A stretch of DNA of 26,864 nucleotides from Lysobacterales bacterium (GCA_022844165.1 JALHMH010000051.1:1-26864), one strand, 5' to 3'; shown: positions 7,374-18,582, counted from the stretch's first letter. The notes: generated from the sequence alone by a model not told the origin. Made by a program: numbers and translations.

Positions 7374-8744
7374 TCAGGCTGCTGCGCGCACTGCGTTCTC
7401 TGCGGCGAGCGTGCAGACGTCGCCGACCAGCAGCAACGCCGGCGCACCGCTCAACTGGGCGCACAACTGAACCAAATCTCTGAGCGCGCCGCGCCACACA
7501 CGTTGTGCGGGCAGGCTGACGTTTTCGATCACGGCAATCGGCATCGACAATGCCACACCGGCACGCGCGAAGGCTGAGGCCAGTTCCGTCGCGCGCTGCG
7601 TGCCCATGTACACCGCCAAGGTTTCATCGCGGCGCATCTGCAATAGCTCGAAAGGTGTGATCCCGGTTTCGCTGTGCGCGGTCACAAAGCGCACACTGCG
7701 GGCGACACGTCGATGCGTCAACGGTATGCCTGCTGCGGCCGCGCACGCGAATGCGGCGCTGATGCCCGGAATGACCTCGACGTCGATGCCCGCGGCGCGC
7801 AACGCCAGCAATTCTTCGCCGCCACGTGCGAAGGTCAGCGCATCGCCGCCTTTGAGTCTCACCACCTGCTGCCCGGCACGTGCTGCCGTGAGCAGTTGTT
7901 CGATGATCGCCGGTTGGCTGGCGCTCGGTCGTCCACAGCGTTTGCCGACATCGACGATCTGGGCGTCGGCGCGTGCAAACTTCAACACTTCCGCACCGAC
8001 CAGGCGATCGTGAAACACAATGTCAGCGTCGCCCAACGCGCGGAGCGCCGCCAGCGTCAGCAGATTCGGATCGCCAGGGCCGGCGCCGACCAGGACCACG
8101 CGACCGCGTCGCTGCGAGTTGATCAGCAACGCGTCGAGCGCCGCCTCGGCTGCCGATTCGTCGCCACGGCGCAGCGCCGCGACAACGCTGCCGCTGGCCG
8201 CCGCGTGGTAAACCGCTCGGCGCGCGCGCGCATCTGGCTGCGCATCGCGGATCGACTTCAGGCGTCGATCGAACAGTGCGAGCAGCCGATCGAGCGCCGG
8301 ATCCAGCCACGCTTCAAGCCGCGCACGCAGCCAGCTGGCCAGCGCTGGCGCAACCCCACTGGTGGCGATTGCAATCTGCAGCAAACCGCGTTCGATGACC
8401 GCCGGCAGCACCGCGCTCGACAGTGCAGGGTCGTCGACAACGTTCACCGGCGTCGAGCGTAAACGAGCGGCCAGCGCGATCTCGCGGTTGACGTGGCGAT
8501 CACCCGTGGCCGCGACAATGAGACGCACATCGACTGCGTCGCTGGCGACAAACGCCCGCCGATGCACCACGACGTTCGGTTGCGCCGCCAGTGCGCTAAC
8601 CGCTTCGCCAACCTCGATCGCGACAATCGTCACCCGCGCTCGCGCGCGAATCAAACGCAGCAGTTTGCGCGCCGCGACATGACCGGCGCCGACCAGCAAC
8701 ACAGGCTGATCGACCAGATCGAGTCCAACAGGGTAGTAGCGCAT
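7374..8744 (-). CDS. cysG: Siroheme synthase (precorrin-2 dehydrogenase/ferrochelatase plus uroporphyrinogen-III methyltransferase)
   Basis: Likely start MRYYPVGLDL at 8744. Motifs VGAGHVAARK, VNVVDDP, VGAGPGDPNLLT, RLKGGD and IPGISAA…GIPLTHR. Confidence 0.93.
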   Translation of the reverse strand: MRYYPVGLDLVDQPVLLVGAGHVAARKLLRLIRARARVTIVAIEVGEAVSALAAQPNVVVHRRAFVASDAVDVRLIVAATGDRHVNREIALAARLRSTPVNVVDDPALSSAVLPAVIERGLLQIAIATSGVAPALASWLRARLEAWLDPALDRLLALFDRRLKSIRDAQPDARARRAVYHAAASGSVVAALRRGDESAAEAALDALLINSQRRGRVVLVGAGPGDPNLLTLAALRALGDADIVFHDRLVGAEVLKFARADAQIVDVGKRCGRPSASQPAIIEQLLTAARAGQQVVRLKGGDALTFARGGEELLALRAAGIDVEVIPGISAAFACAAAAGIPLTHRRVARSVRFVTAHSETGITPFELLQMRRDETLAVYMGTQRATELASAFARAGVALSMPIAVIENVSLPAQRVWRGALRDLVQLCAQLSGAPALLLVGDVCTLAAENAVRAAA

Positions 8745-8894
8745 GGCAATAAGCTCGTTTTGGCCGAGCTCATCGTCGCTGTAGCGCCGAAGAAGGGGAA
8801 ATGGCGAGCGGCTTGGCGGATATGCCTGCGTGGCATGTCGCCCACTCAGTCGGACCGGAACAGCGGTCAACTGAGGTTTTCAGGTCAATCGAAC

Positions 8895-8923
8895 CAGACC
8901 CGGCGCGATGCGCGCCGGGTCTG
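8895..8923. terminator. 13-bp perfect hairpin just downstream of katG
   Basis: CAGACCCGGCGCG-ATG-CGCGCCGGGTCTG lies 9 nt after the katG stop. There is no clear U-tract, so it may be a stabilising or attenuating stem rather than a strong terminator. Confidence 0.55.
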
Positions 8924-8932
8924 ACGGTTGGC

Positions 8933-11152
<2,220 letters not shown>

Positions 11153-11178
11153 TTAGTGCACGAAGACTAATTGAGGAA

Positions 11179-11215
11179 GTCATTCGTTTTTATGACATCG
11201 ATAGTATGCGTGAAT
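11179..11215 (-). promoter_or_regulatory. Putative OxyR binding site upstream of katG
   Basis: Minus strand reads ATTC-N7-CTAT-N7-ATAA-N7-TGAC, against the consensus ATAG-N7-CTAT-N7-ATAG-N7-CTAT. It lies in an AT-rich patch 66-102 nt upstream of katG. Confidence 0.6.
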
Positions 11216-11234
11216 GGCTTCGGTGTTCGCCGAA

Positions 11235-11570
11235 TCAGCGAGGCGACGATCCGCCGTTCTCCGCCAAGTGAACCTCAGGTCGATGATCCAGCCAGAGACT
11301 GTACGTCGCTGCGATCAGCGGAAACAGGTTCTGCAAGACGCCGACGGAATCTTGTTTCGCCGAGAACAGGAAGTAGGCGAGCGTCATCGCGCTTCCAAGC
11401 ACGCTCATGATCCAGAACGCTCGCGGTATCACCGGCCGACCTGCCCGACGCGTCGCCAGGAACTGCACCAACCAACGCGCGCCGAATAACAAAGCGCCGG
11501 TATAGCCGATCAGCTTCCACGGCGTGACGTGCAGACCCGTCCAACTTAGAAAGAGCAACTCCTCATTCAT
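11235..11570 (-). CDS. Lipid A biosynthesis N-terminal domain (LAB_N) membrane protein
   Basis: LIGYTGALLFGARWLVQF…RPVIPRAFWIMSVLGS…AYF…DSVGVLQ matches the LAB_N pattern. Confidence 0.85.
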   Translation of the reverse strand: MNEELLFLSWTGLHVTPWKLIGYTGALLFGARWLVQFLATRRAGRPVIPRAFWIMSVLGSAMTLAYFLFSAKQDSVGVLQNLFPLIAATYSLWLDHRPEVHLAENGGSSPR

Positions 11571-11607
11571 CGATCAGCGTCTCCCGATTGAAGGCGCGTT
11601 GTCCGCC

Positions 11608-12318
11608 TCACCAGTCCTTTCGACCCGGCAACAACCCGGCCAGTTCGGCATCCGTCAAGTTTCGCCATCGACCGACCTTGAGCGCGCCCAATTGAATATT
11701 GCTGATCCGCACGCGACGCAGCTGCGTGACGCGATAGCCAAACGCCGCACTCATCAATCGGATTTGTCGATTCAGCCCTTGTGTGAGCACAATCTTGAAG
11801 CCGAATTTGGCGATGCGTGCGGTACGGCATGGCAGCGTCATGCGCCCGTGGATACGCACCCCGCTCGCCATGCCGCGCAGAAACTCCGGCGTCACCGCCT
11901 TGTTCACCGCCACCAGATATTCCTTTTCGTGGTGGTTCTCGGCGCGCAGAATGTCGTTGACGATATCGCCGTTGCTGGTCAGCAGAATCAGCCCTTCCGA
12001 GTCCTTGTCCAGCCGCCCGATCGGGAAGATGCGCTTTTCATGTCCAACGAACTCGACAATGTTGCCCGCGGCAGTCTCGTCGGTGGTGCAGGTAATGCCG
12101 ACGGGTTTGTGAAGTGCGATGTACACATGAGCGCGCCCGCCCTTTTTCGCCCGGGCACGCAGAATTTGTCCATCCACGCGGACTTCATCGCCCTCGATGA
12201 ACAACGAGCCGATCTCTGCCAAAGCACCATTGATCGTGACCCGACCCGATTCGATCAGCGTATCGGCGTCTCGCCGCGAGCAATAGCCGGTGTCGGCGAT
12301 GTACTTGTTAATTCTCAT
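11608..12318 (-). CDS. rluF: RsuA-family rRNA pseudouridine synthase, RluF-like
   Basis: S4 domain MRINKYIADTGYCSRRDAD; motifs KPVGITCT, catalytic IGRLDKDSEGL, HEKEYLV and LTQGLNRQIR. Confidence 0.9.
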   Translation of the reverse strand: MRINKYIADTGYCSRRDADTLIESGRVTINGALAEIGSLFIEGDEVRVDGQILRARAKKGGRAHVYIALHKPVGITCTTDETAAGNIVEFVGHEKRIFPIGRLDKDSEGLILLTSNGDIVNDILRAENHHEKEYLVAVNKAVTPEFLRGMASGVRIHGRMTLPCRTARIAKFGFKIVLTQGLNRQIRLMSAAFGYRVTQLRRVRISNIQLGALKVGRWRNLTDAELAGLLPGRKDW

Positions 12319-12322
12319 CGCT

Positions 12323-12562
12323 AGAGTCCTTGACGGAGCCAGATCTTGTCATTTGAGTCAAATTTTCGTCGGAGCGGCTTTGGCTGTTGAAGCCCCCTTG
12401 AGTACAAGGGTGAGGATTGGCGCTGACACGCCGCAAGGCGTGTGCCGAGCCGAACGCCCGGCGGCTGTGCCGCCGGAAATGCGCGCACCGCTCAATGGGG
12501 GTTTTGGCAAGTACGGTGTCTGGCGAAGCCAACAATGCTCGGCGGTCTGAGGCGAAGCCTCG
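12323..12562. repeat. Hairpin-rich intergenic element (long copy A); candidate MITE remnant or structured RNA
   Basis: Contains several perfect stems. Both ends (AGAGTCCTTGAC, and the 31-mer at 12532-12562) recur in the same order on the minus strand at 18477-18521. Confidence 0.6.
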
Positions 12563-12665
12563 TTAGATATTCGCAAATCGCGCTCGCATCCGATAGCGTC
12601 GATCACACGTAAGTCACGACAATCGGCGGAGTCTTCGCAGGATCGTCGAGAAAAGGAACCCGCAG

Positions 12666-13040
12666 ATGCGATTGGACATTGTGGCTTTGACCCTATGCGG
12701 CGTGGGCTATCTGGCCTTCGGGCTGGTGATGTTCATTGCGCCGCAGGCAACGCTGGCCAGTGTTGGCATCGCGATTGCCGATGGTGTGGCGACCACTGAG
12801 ATGCGCGCCTTTTACGGCGGCCTTGAGCTCGGCCTGGCGGCGCTGCTCTTTGGTGCTGCGTGGAATGCACAATACCGGCGCGCCGGCCTGTGGTTAGGCA
12901 CCTTTAGTTTCGGGGGCATCGCAGCGGCGCGTGCCGCGGGGATGCTCATCGATGGCACTGGAGGTGGTTTTCTGCTCGGCGCGCTGGCCGTGGAATGCGC
13001 TCTGGCGGCGCTCTGCGTTTTCGCATTACGCAAACCCTGA
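12666..13040 (+). CDS. DUF4345-like four-TM membrane protein
   Basis: Motifs TEMRAFYGGLELG and ARAAGMLIDG, four hydrophobic segments and an AAGGA RBS. Confidence 0.8.
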   Translation: MRLDIVALTLCGVGYLAFGLVMFIAPQATLASVGIAIADGVATTEMRAFYGGLELGLAALLFGAAWNAQYRRAGLWLGTFSFGGIAAARAAGMLIDGTGGGFLLGALAVECALAALCVFALRKP

Positions 13041-13138
13041 CGCATCGTTCCGAACCCAGGACCTGCACATTGAGCCATTCCTGCACGCCGTCCACGGCAT
13101 CGCTAGTATCAGTGTCCAACGCGCCCAGGGCGCCTTCG

Positions 13139-13705
13139 ATGACGTTTGCTGTGTCGATCGCCACACCCAATGACTTGAACGATTTGGTCGGCAAGATAGC
13201 GGCTGGCGATCAGGCGGCTTTTCGGGCCTTCTATGAGGCCACCGTGGATCGCTGCGTGGGGATTGCGATGAGCGTGTTGAAGTCTCAAGTCTGGGCTGAC
13301 GATTGTGTCGCCGATTCCTTCGTACAGGTGTGGCGCACTGCGGCGCAGTTCGATGCCAGCCGCGGCCATGCCTTGGCCTGGTTGACGATGCTTTGTCGCA
13401 CGCGCGCCATCGACCGGCTGCGTAAAGAGCAGGCCCAGTTAATCACTGCGGCGGAATTGCTGCGGGAAACCCCAGCCGACGACGGCGACGATCGTTTCGG
13501 CGACATGCAGCCAACCGGCGCGCTTAAGCATGCATTGGGCCAATTGAGTCATGAACAACGGCGGGCATTGGAGCTGACTTACTTTCAGGGCTTGTCGAAC
13601 ACGGAGATTGCCAAAGTCACCGGCTGGCCGCTCGGCACCACCAAGTCGCACGTGCGGCGCGCACTGTCTGTGTTGCGCAAGGAGCTGATCGATGATCTTC
13701 GATGA
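13139..13705 (+). CDS. ECF sigma factor (SigK/RpoE-like)
   Basis: Motifs IAAGDQAAFRAFY, WADDCVADSFVQVWRTAAQFD, AWLTMLCRTRAIDRLR and LTYFQGLSNTEIA…PLGTTKSHVRRAL. The start codon is uncertain. Confidence 0.92.
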   Translation: MTFAVSIATPNDLNDLVGKIAAGDQAAFRAFYEATVDRCVGIAMSVLKSQVWADDCVADSFVQVWRTAAQFDASRGHALAWLTMLCRTRAIDRLRKEQAQLITAAELLRETPADDGDDRFGDMQPTGALKHALGQLSHEQRRALELTYFQGLSNTEIAKVTGWPLGTTKSHVRRALSVLRKELIDDLR

Positions 13706-14156
13706 AGCTCTGGATGACGCTCTGGACGATGCGCTCGCCTTCGCCATTGGCAGCCACTTGCAACCGCGAGTGCGAGCCCGGTCCGTGCTGTTCCAGCGCA
13801 TCAGCGATGCGATCGGTTTTGCCCCCGCGCATGCGTTTTTTCCCGCCGACGGCGGCGACTGGCGCGTGTTGGCCGATCGTGTATATCTCAAAGTCCTGAT
13901 GCGCGATGAAATCACGGGCCAGGCCACCTATCTGGTGCGCTACAGCCCTGGCACATCGTTCCCGGTTCATCCGCAGCGCTCGGTGGAGGAGTGCATGTTG
14001 ATCAGCGGTGATTTGCGCATTGGCGATATCGACATGCGCCCGGGCGATCTGCAGATAGCCGTCCCTGGACTGTTGCATGGCCCCCTGGTTTCGCAAGGCG
14101 GAGCATTGGTCTTTGTGCGCGGCATGTTGAGCCGCGTGCCAGAGCAACGTCTATAG
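13692..14156 (+). CDS. ChrR-like cupin-domain protein, probable anti-sigma factor
   Basis: Overlaps the sigma gene by 14 nt. Cupin pattern W…VYLKVL…YLVRYSPGTSFPVH…EECMLISGDL…PGD…H. Confidence 0.8.
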   Translation: MIFDEALDDALDDALAFAIGSHLQPRVRARSVLFQRISDAIGFAPAHAFFPADGGDWRVLADRVYLKVLMRDEITGQATYLVRYSPGTSFPVHPQRSVEECMLISGDLRIGDIDMRPGDLQIAVPGLLHGPLVSQGGALVFVRGMLSRVPEQRL

Positions 14157-14313
14157 CTGCCGGCCGCGGCATGGCAACTGGGCTGCGCGCGGCTTGGCGT
14201 CAAAGCACTTCGAGCCCTTTCTCGATTGGCGCATTGTAGTCGCTACGCTCATGGTCGCCGACACCACGCCGCCCAAGTAGGTGCCGTCTCCTGCCAAGGC
14301 TGCGATGCCGCCA

Positions 14314-14643
14314 CTAGTCGACAATGAACAACTGCGCGCCCGATTCGGTCGAAGATCGATGCGGAGCAACGTTATCCGACACTTGGTAGGACATCCCAGG
14401 CGCTAGCAAGAACGTAGCGCCGTTTTGAATCTCTGTCGCGAGCGCGCCCTCCATCACCAAGAGCACGTGGCCGCGAGAGCACCAGTGGTCTTCAAGATAG
14501 CCAGGCGAGTACCGGACCATGCGAATGCGCACGTTGCCTGCTTGAACGGTGCGCCAATAGGCCACACCTGTTGTTCCCGGATGTATCGTTTCCGGGATAG
14601 ATGACCAGTCGGTCACGGCAAATGGGACACCCTCGATCTTCAT
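14314..14643 (-). CDS. DHCW-motif cupin-fold protein (109 aa)
   Basis: From ATG 14643: MKIEGVPFAVTDWSSIP…HPGTTGVAYWRT…RMVRYSPGYLEDHWCSRGHVLLVMEG…GMSYQVSD…PHRS…LFIVD. Confidence 0.92.
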   Translation of the reverse strand: MKIEGVPFAVTDWSSIPETIHPGTTGVAYWRTVQAGNVRIRMVRYSPGYLEDHWCSRGHVLLVMEGALATEIQNGATFLLAPGMSYQVSDNVAPHRSSTESGAQLFIVD

Positions 14644-14686
14644 GCGTTTTCCCAAAATCTGCGCAGACGAATCTGGTAGCCCTTGA

Positions 14687-14715
14687 TACCACCGAACGAA
14701 CTTCGTTCGGTGGTA
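14687..14715. repeat. Perfect 14-bp inverted repeat (terminator- or REP-like)
   Basis: TACCACCGAACGAA-C-TTCGTTCGGTGGTA lies between two co-oriented genes. Confidence 0.6.
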
Positions 14716-14740
14716 CTTCCCGGCGCGCTTCTGCCATCGC

Positions 14741-15238
14741 CTACTGGCCACGTTCCGACGGGCATCGCACCGATGCTTCACTGGCGACGCAGAGACTGCC
14801 TTGCAGTTGTCTCGCCTGACGGCGCGCATTGCGCGCGCGTTCTTCGCGCTGGCCAACGGTCATGCAAACCGTCCTGGTCACGCGCGATCCCGTTTGTACC
14901 GCACGCTGACAGACAATTCGGTTCTTATTCTCCGCGCGCAGGATCTGGTCGATTCGCCCGCGGGCCTCTTCCAGCTCACGCCGATCGTCGCTGGACAGCT
15001 CGTGGATTTCGGACTTCCCGGCCGTCAGTTCTTCGATCGTCTCGAGCGCAGCGTTGGCGATTTGCAATTGCCGCCGGGTCATCCATCCGTATTGACCCGA
15101 CCGGGCCAGTTCGAGCCGATCGTAGGCATCCGAGAGGATTCGATTCAAGCTCGATTCCTCCGCCGAAACAACGGGATTGGATGCACCGGCCGACATACTC
15201 ACCAGTACGAACAGTAAAGCAGGTTTGAGCCAGCGCAT
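14741..15238 (-). CDS. Secreted hypothetical protein with C-x5-TGSR-x5-C motif
   Basis: Signal peptide, helical body and IVCQRAVQTGSRVTRTVCMT motif; AGGAG RBS. Confidence 0.8.
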   Translation of the reverse strand: MRWLKPALLFVLVSMSAGASNPVVSAEESSLNRILSDAYDRLELARSGQYGWMTRRQLQIANAALETIEELTAGKSEIHELSSDDRRELEEARGRIDQILRAENKNRIVCQRAVQTGSRVTRTVCMTVGQREERARNARRQARQLQGSLCVASEASVRCPSERGQ

Positions 15239-15290
15239 GACAGAGAACTCCTAAAGTTGGTGCTCGGCGCGTGGTGCCGAGCTGGTTGGT

Positions 15291-18200
15291 TCAAAACTTC
15301 CACTCGGCGCTCAGGGCATAACGGCGACCCAGGATGTCGTACGCGCCAATTGCGGCGCCAGCCGTGGTGCCAAAAGGCGGTTCGCGATCTGTGGCGTTAG
15401 TCACCGACAATCGAACCAATCCCTGGTCGAAGCGATAGCCCAGGCCAAGATCCAGCGTAGTGTGCGAACCAACGCGCAAGATGTCCTGCGTTTCTGCCGT
15501 GAAAGCGTTGTTGTAGGCAACGCCGCCCAGATAGTTCGCCTGGGCATTGAAGTTCCAGCGATCGATGTCTACCGAGCTTCGCAGCTGGTACTGTTGCCGC
15601 GCATTACCGAATACACCGTCGGTGAATGTGCGGATGCCGAGGACTTGATTCGACAGCTCACGCAGGTTGAATGCCGAGCCGGCAATCGTCCACTTCCAGC
15701 CCTTGTCCGTTTCGAAACGGTAGGCGGCCTCGCTGGTCACACCGCGAAAGTCGGTTGACGCGATGTTGGCGTAGCCGGTGCGGATTGCCGGCGTGCTGAC
15801 ACCATTGGCGTCGCGCGTTTCGACGATCTGCCCTGCGCCGTTGCGATTGATCGCGGTACAGAAACGATTGCCAGCGCGTGGATTGTTGCGATCGAAGTTT
15901 GGATCGTCGAAGCAGGCGTTGGCGATCTGGGTGCCGGTTAAGGTCACGATCGAGTCGGCGATGTCGATTTCAATATAGTCGAGCGCAACGCTCAGACCCG
16001 GCACCCAGCCAGGCTCATACACGAATCCGATGGTGCGGCCGATGCTGCGTTCGTTGTCCAGATTTGGATCGCCGCCCGTGACCCCTTGCTGGGTAGCGCT
16101 CACGATCGTCGATTGGAAATTGGTCAGCGTTTCGCCGGCACCTACCAAACCAAGATTGCGGAACAGCGCCTGGCAATTTTCGAAACGTGTGCTCCCTGGT
16201 GCACCGATGAATCGTCCGTCGCACGGATCGTTCAACGTCAGGAAACCGGTCGAAAGCGGTGTAAACAGCTCGACGATAGCGGGCGCCCGTAAAGACCGCG
16301 TTCGGTTACCGCGAATACGCAGGTCGGAGAACGGGCTCCATTGGAAACCATAGGTGTAGGCATCGAAAGATCCATTGATGCTGTTGTCGACGTTGCGCCC
16401 TTTCAGCTCGATATCGAGAGAATCGACGCCGAATATTTCCTGACTCGGTCCGATCAACGGGATCGACGCTTCGCCAAAAAACTCGTGGGTATCGAACTTG
16501 CCGCCGTTGGCGCCGATGGGTACCGCGCGGCCGCGACCGGCGACTTGAAAGGGATCCGGTGTGAAACGGCCTTGTTCGGTTCGATGCTCGTACCCAACAT
16601 TGACGCCAATACTTCCGGCCCAATAGTCGAAAAAGTAGCTCCCGATATTGCTGTTGAACACCGATTGTTCGATGGTGGAATTCGCTCGCGTTCGCGCGGT
16701 GACGTAGTTGCGCGCGGCCTCGCTGGCCCGACCTTCGCCGAAGATATCGAGCGGCACACAGCTCGAGTCGGCGACCGGCGTCGGCCCTGTGAAGACGCCA
16801 ATGCGACCATTCGGATCGCAGACGACCTGGCCAGCTGCATTAGTTGTCACGTTAATGGCGTTGACAAACCGCTGCTGATCCAACACGGTTTGGAAGTTAT
16901 CGGCGTCGCTGCGACCATAAGTCAGCGATGTGTCCCAGGTGAAATCTTGATCGCCCCAGGCAAAGCTGGTGGCGAAGCCCAGCACCCCACGCATCAATTC
17001 GGTCTCGGTGCGCGCGTTGTTGTTGACCAGATCGCGAGACGCGCGCGAGAGGCGAAAAGAGCTGATACCCAACTCCTGCAACCGTGTGCGCGCCTGCTGC
17101 GTCAGCCGCGGGTCGGTCGCTTGAAAGGTCAATGGCTGGCTCAATCCGCCGAAGATCGTCGCGTTGTATATCGACTGATCGATGATTTCCTGTGCCTCGG
17201 AGGTAAAGTACAAGGCTTCGAAGTACAAACGCGAGCTCTCGCCGATGTTGAAATGGCCAGAGCCGAAGAGATTGGCCCGGCGCAGATCGCTGGTGACTTG
17301 CGCGGTTTCTGTCAGGTTCAATCCATCGCCGCCCGAGGCGTCGAGCGTGCCGAACGGCGTGCCTGGGTTGTAGGGCACCAGATTGCCGTTCTGATCGAAT
17401 TGCAAATAGGTCTGCTCGTTGCCGCCAAAGCCGCGCGGCAGGCCGCCGCCACCGCTGAGCGTTGTCGCACCGGTGGCCGGAAACAACAACCCACCAAAGG
17501 TCAAAGGCATCAAACGCCGATTCGCGGCAAGCACCGCGTTGGGAATACCATCGGCCGGTCCGGTGTTGAATGGGATCCCTGTCAATCGCCCGTCGTTGAG
17601 CGGCGTACGACCCGGCTGGAGTCCGAGTGCCGTCTCTAGCGGATTGACTCCGAAGAAACGATTGCGAGTGAAAAACTCGATGTCGCTCTGCAGCACACCT
17701 TCGCTGTCGTCCATCGATGCGCTCACCACGACGTTGCCGCGGTCGTCAGCGAAGTTGAATCCGTACAGAGCTCGCGCGTTGTAGCGGAAGTTCTCGCCCT
17801 CTTCGGTCGCGCCGACGGTGCTGCCGACTTCGAACCCCTCATAGTCTTGCCGCAGAATCACATTGACGGTCCCAGCGATCGCGTCTGAGCCGTAGGTCGG
17901 TGCACCACCGACTGCCAGATTCTCGACGCGTTCGATCAGTTGGGTTGGGATCGCGTTCAGATCGACTTGCAGACCCGGCGCGCCGGCACCAAAAATGCTC
18001 GGCGGGTTAGACGATACGAAGCGCCGGCCATTGACCAGGGTCAATGTGCGATTCGTGCCCAGCCCGAAGCGATTGACGAAGTTAACGCCGGCACCAAAGC
18101 TCGCCTGGCCGCCTTCGGGGGTCACGCCGATGCCGAATCCCGGCAGTTGATTGAGCGAATCGGCTACATTGGTCTGGCCGCGCAGATCGATTTCGGCGCG

Positions 18201-18410
18201 GGTCAAGGTCGTCGCAGGCTCGAGCGTATCGAAACCTGCGCGTTTGATGCGCGAGCCGGTGATGGTGACCGACTCCAGTTCTGTCGCTTCGTCCTCTTCG
18301 GCCCCGTCAGTCCCCGTGGTGTTTTGTGCGTACGCCAACGTGGAAAAGGAGATCAGCGCAAAGCGGATGGCGAGCGACAACGCTGCGTGCGAAAGACGGT
18401 TAGGCTGCAT
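15291..18410 (-). CDS. TonB-dependent receptor (~1039 aa)
   Basis: Start MQPNRLSH at 18410 with a signal peptide. TonB box/plug motifs ESVTITGSRI, RTLTLVNGRR and YGSDAIAGTVNVIL; C-terminal YDILGRRYALSAEWKF. Confidence 0.96.
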   Translation of the reverse strand: MQPNRLSHAALSLAIRFALISFSTLAYAQNTTGTDGAEEDEATELESVTITGSRIKRAGFDTLEPATTLTRAEIDLRGQTNVADSLNQLPGFGIGVTPEGGQASFGAGVNFVNRFGLGTNRTLTLVNGRRFVSSNPPSIFGAGAPGLQVDLNAIPTQLIERVENLAVGGAPTYGSDAIAGTVNVILRQDYEGFEVGSTVGATEEGENFRYNARALYGFNFADDRGNVVVSASMDDSEGVLQSDIEFFTRNRFFGVNPLETALGLQPGRTPLNDGRLTGIPFNTGPADGIPNAVLAANRRLMPLTFGGLLFPATGATTLSGGGGLPRGFGGNEQTYLQFDQNGNLVPYNPGTPFGTLDASGGDGLNLTETAQVTSDLRRANLFGSGHFNIGESSRLYFEALYFTSEAQEIIDQSIYNATIFGGLSQPLTFQATDPRLTQQARTRLQELGISSFRLSRASRDLVNNNARTETELMRGVLGFATSFAWGDQDFTWDTSLTYGRSDADNFQTVLDQQRFVNAINVTTNAAGQVVCDPNGRIGVFTGPTPVADSSCVPLDIFGEGRASEAARNYVTARTRANSTIEQSVFNSNIGSYFFDYWAGSIGVNVGYEHRTEQGRFTPDPFQVAGRGRAVPIGANGGKFDTHEFFGEASIPLIGPSQEIFGVDSLDIELKGRNVDNSINGSFDAYTYGFQWSPFSDLRIRGNRTRSLRAPAIVELFTPLSTGFLTLNDPCDGRFIGAPGSTRFENCQALFRNLGLVGAGETLTNFQSTIVSATQQGVTGGDPNLDNERSIGRTIGFVYEPGWVPGLSVALDYIEIDIADSIVTLTGTQIANACFDDPNFDRNNPRAGNRFCTAINRNGAGQIVETRDANGVSTPAIRTGYANIASTDFRGVTSEAAYRFETDKGWKWTIAGSAFNLRELSNQVLGIRTFTDGVFGNARQQYQLRSSVDIDRWNFNAQANYLGGVAYNNAFTAETQDILRVGSHTTLDLGLGYRFDQGLVRLSVTNATDREPPFGTTAGAAIGAYDILGRRYALSAEWKF

Positions 18411-18445
18411 GTGCAAATTCCGAGTTTGTGAGGTGCCACCACTCG

Positions 18446-18472
18446 GACGTAGAACGGCGCAGAAATGAGACA
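18446..18472 (-). promoter_or_regulatory. Putative ECF promoter TGTCTCA-N16-CGTC
   Basis: Lies 35 nt upstream of the TBDR start; the same pattern occurs at 19383-19409 and 23858-23884. Confidence 0.45.
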
Positions 18473-18476
18473 CGAG

Positions 18477-18521
18477 CGAGAATTCGCGTCAGACTGCCGA
18501 GCATTGTCAGTCAAGGACTCT
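18477..18521 (-). repeat. Short copy B of the 12323-12562 element
   Basis: AGAGTCCTTGAC-TG-ACAATGCTCGGCAGTCTGACGCGAATTCTCG matches the two ends of copy A at 12/12 and 27/31 positions. Confidence 0.65.
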
Positions 18522-18582
18522 TAAACGACGATGCGACGAACGACGCCGAATCCGGGCACGATGGCGCCCTCGCGCGCCGGGC

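Noticed and set aside
8745-8890. Cobalamin or SAM riboswitch upstream of cysG
   Set aside because: No B12-box or SAM consensus elements are recognisable.
12505-12575. c-di-GMP-I riboswitch or integron attC site
   Set aside because: GGCAA…GGTCTGA is only a partial resemblance and lacks the GACGCAAAG core. GTTAGAT has no matching RYYYAAC inverse core, and no integrase or cassette array is present.
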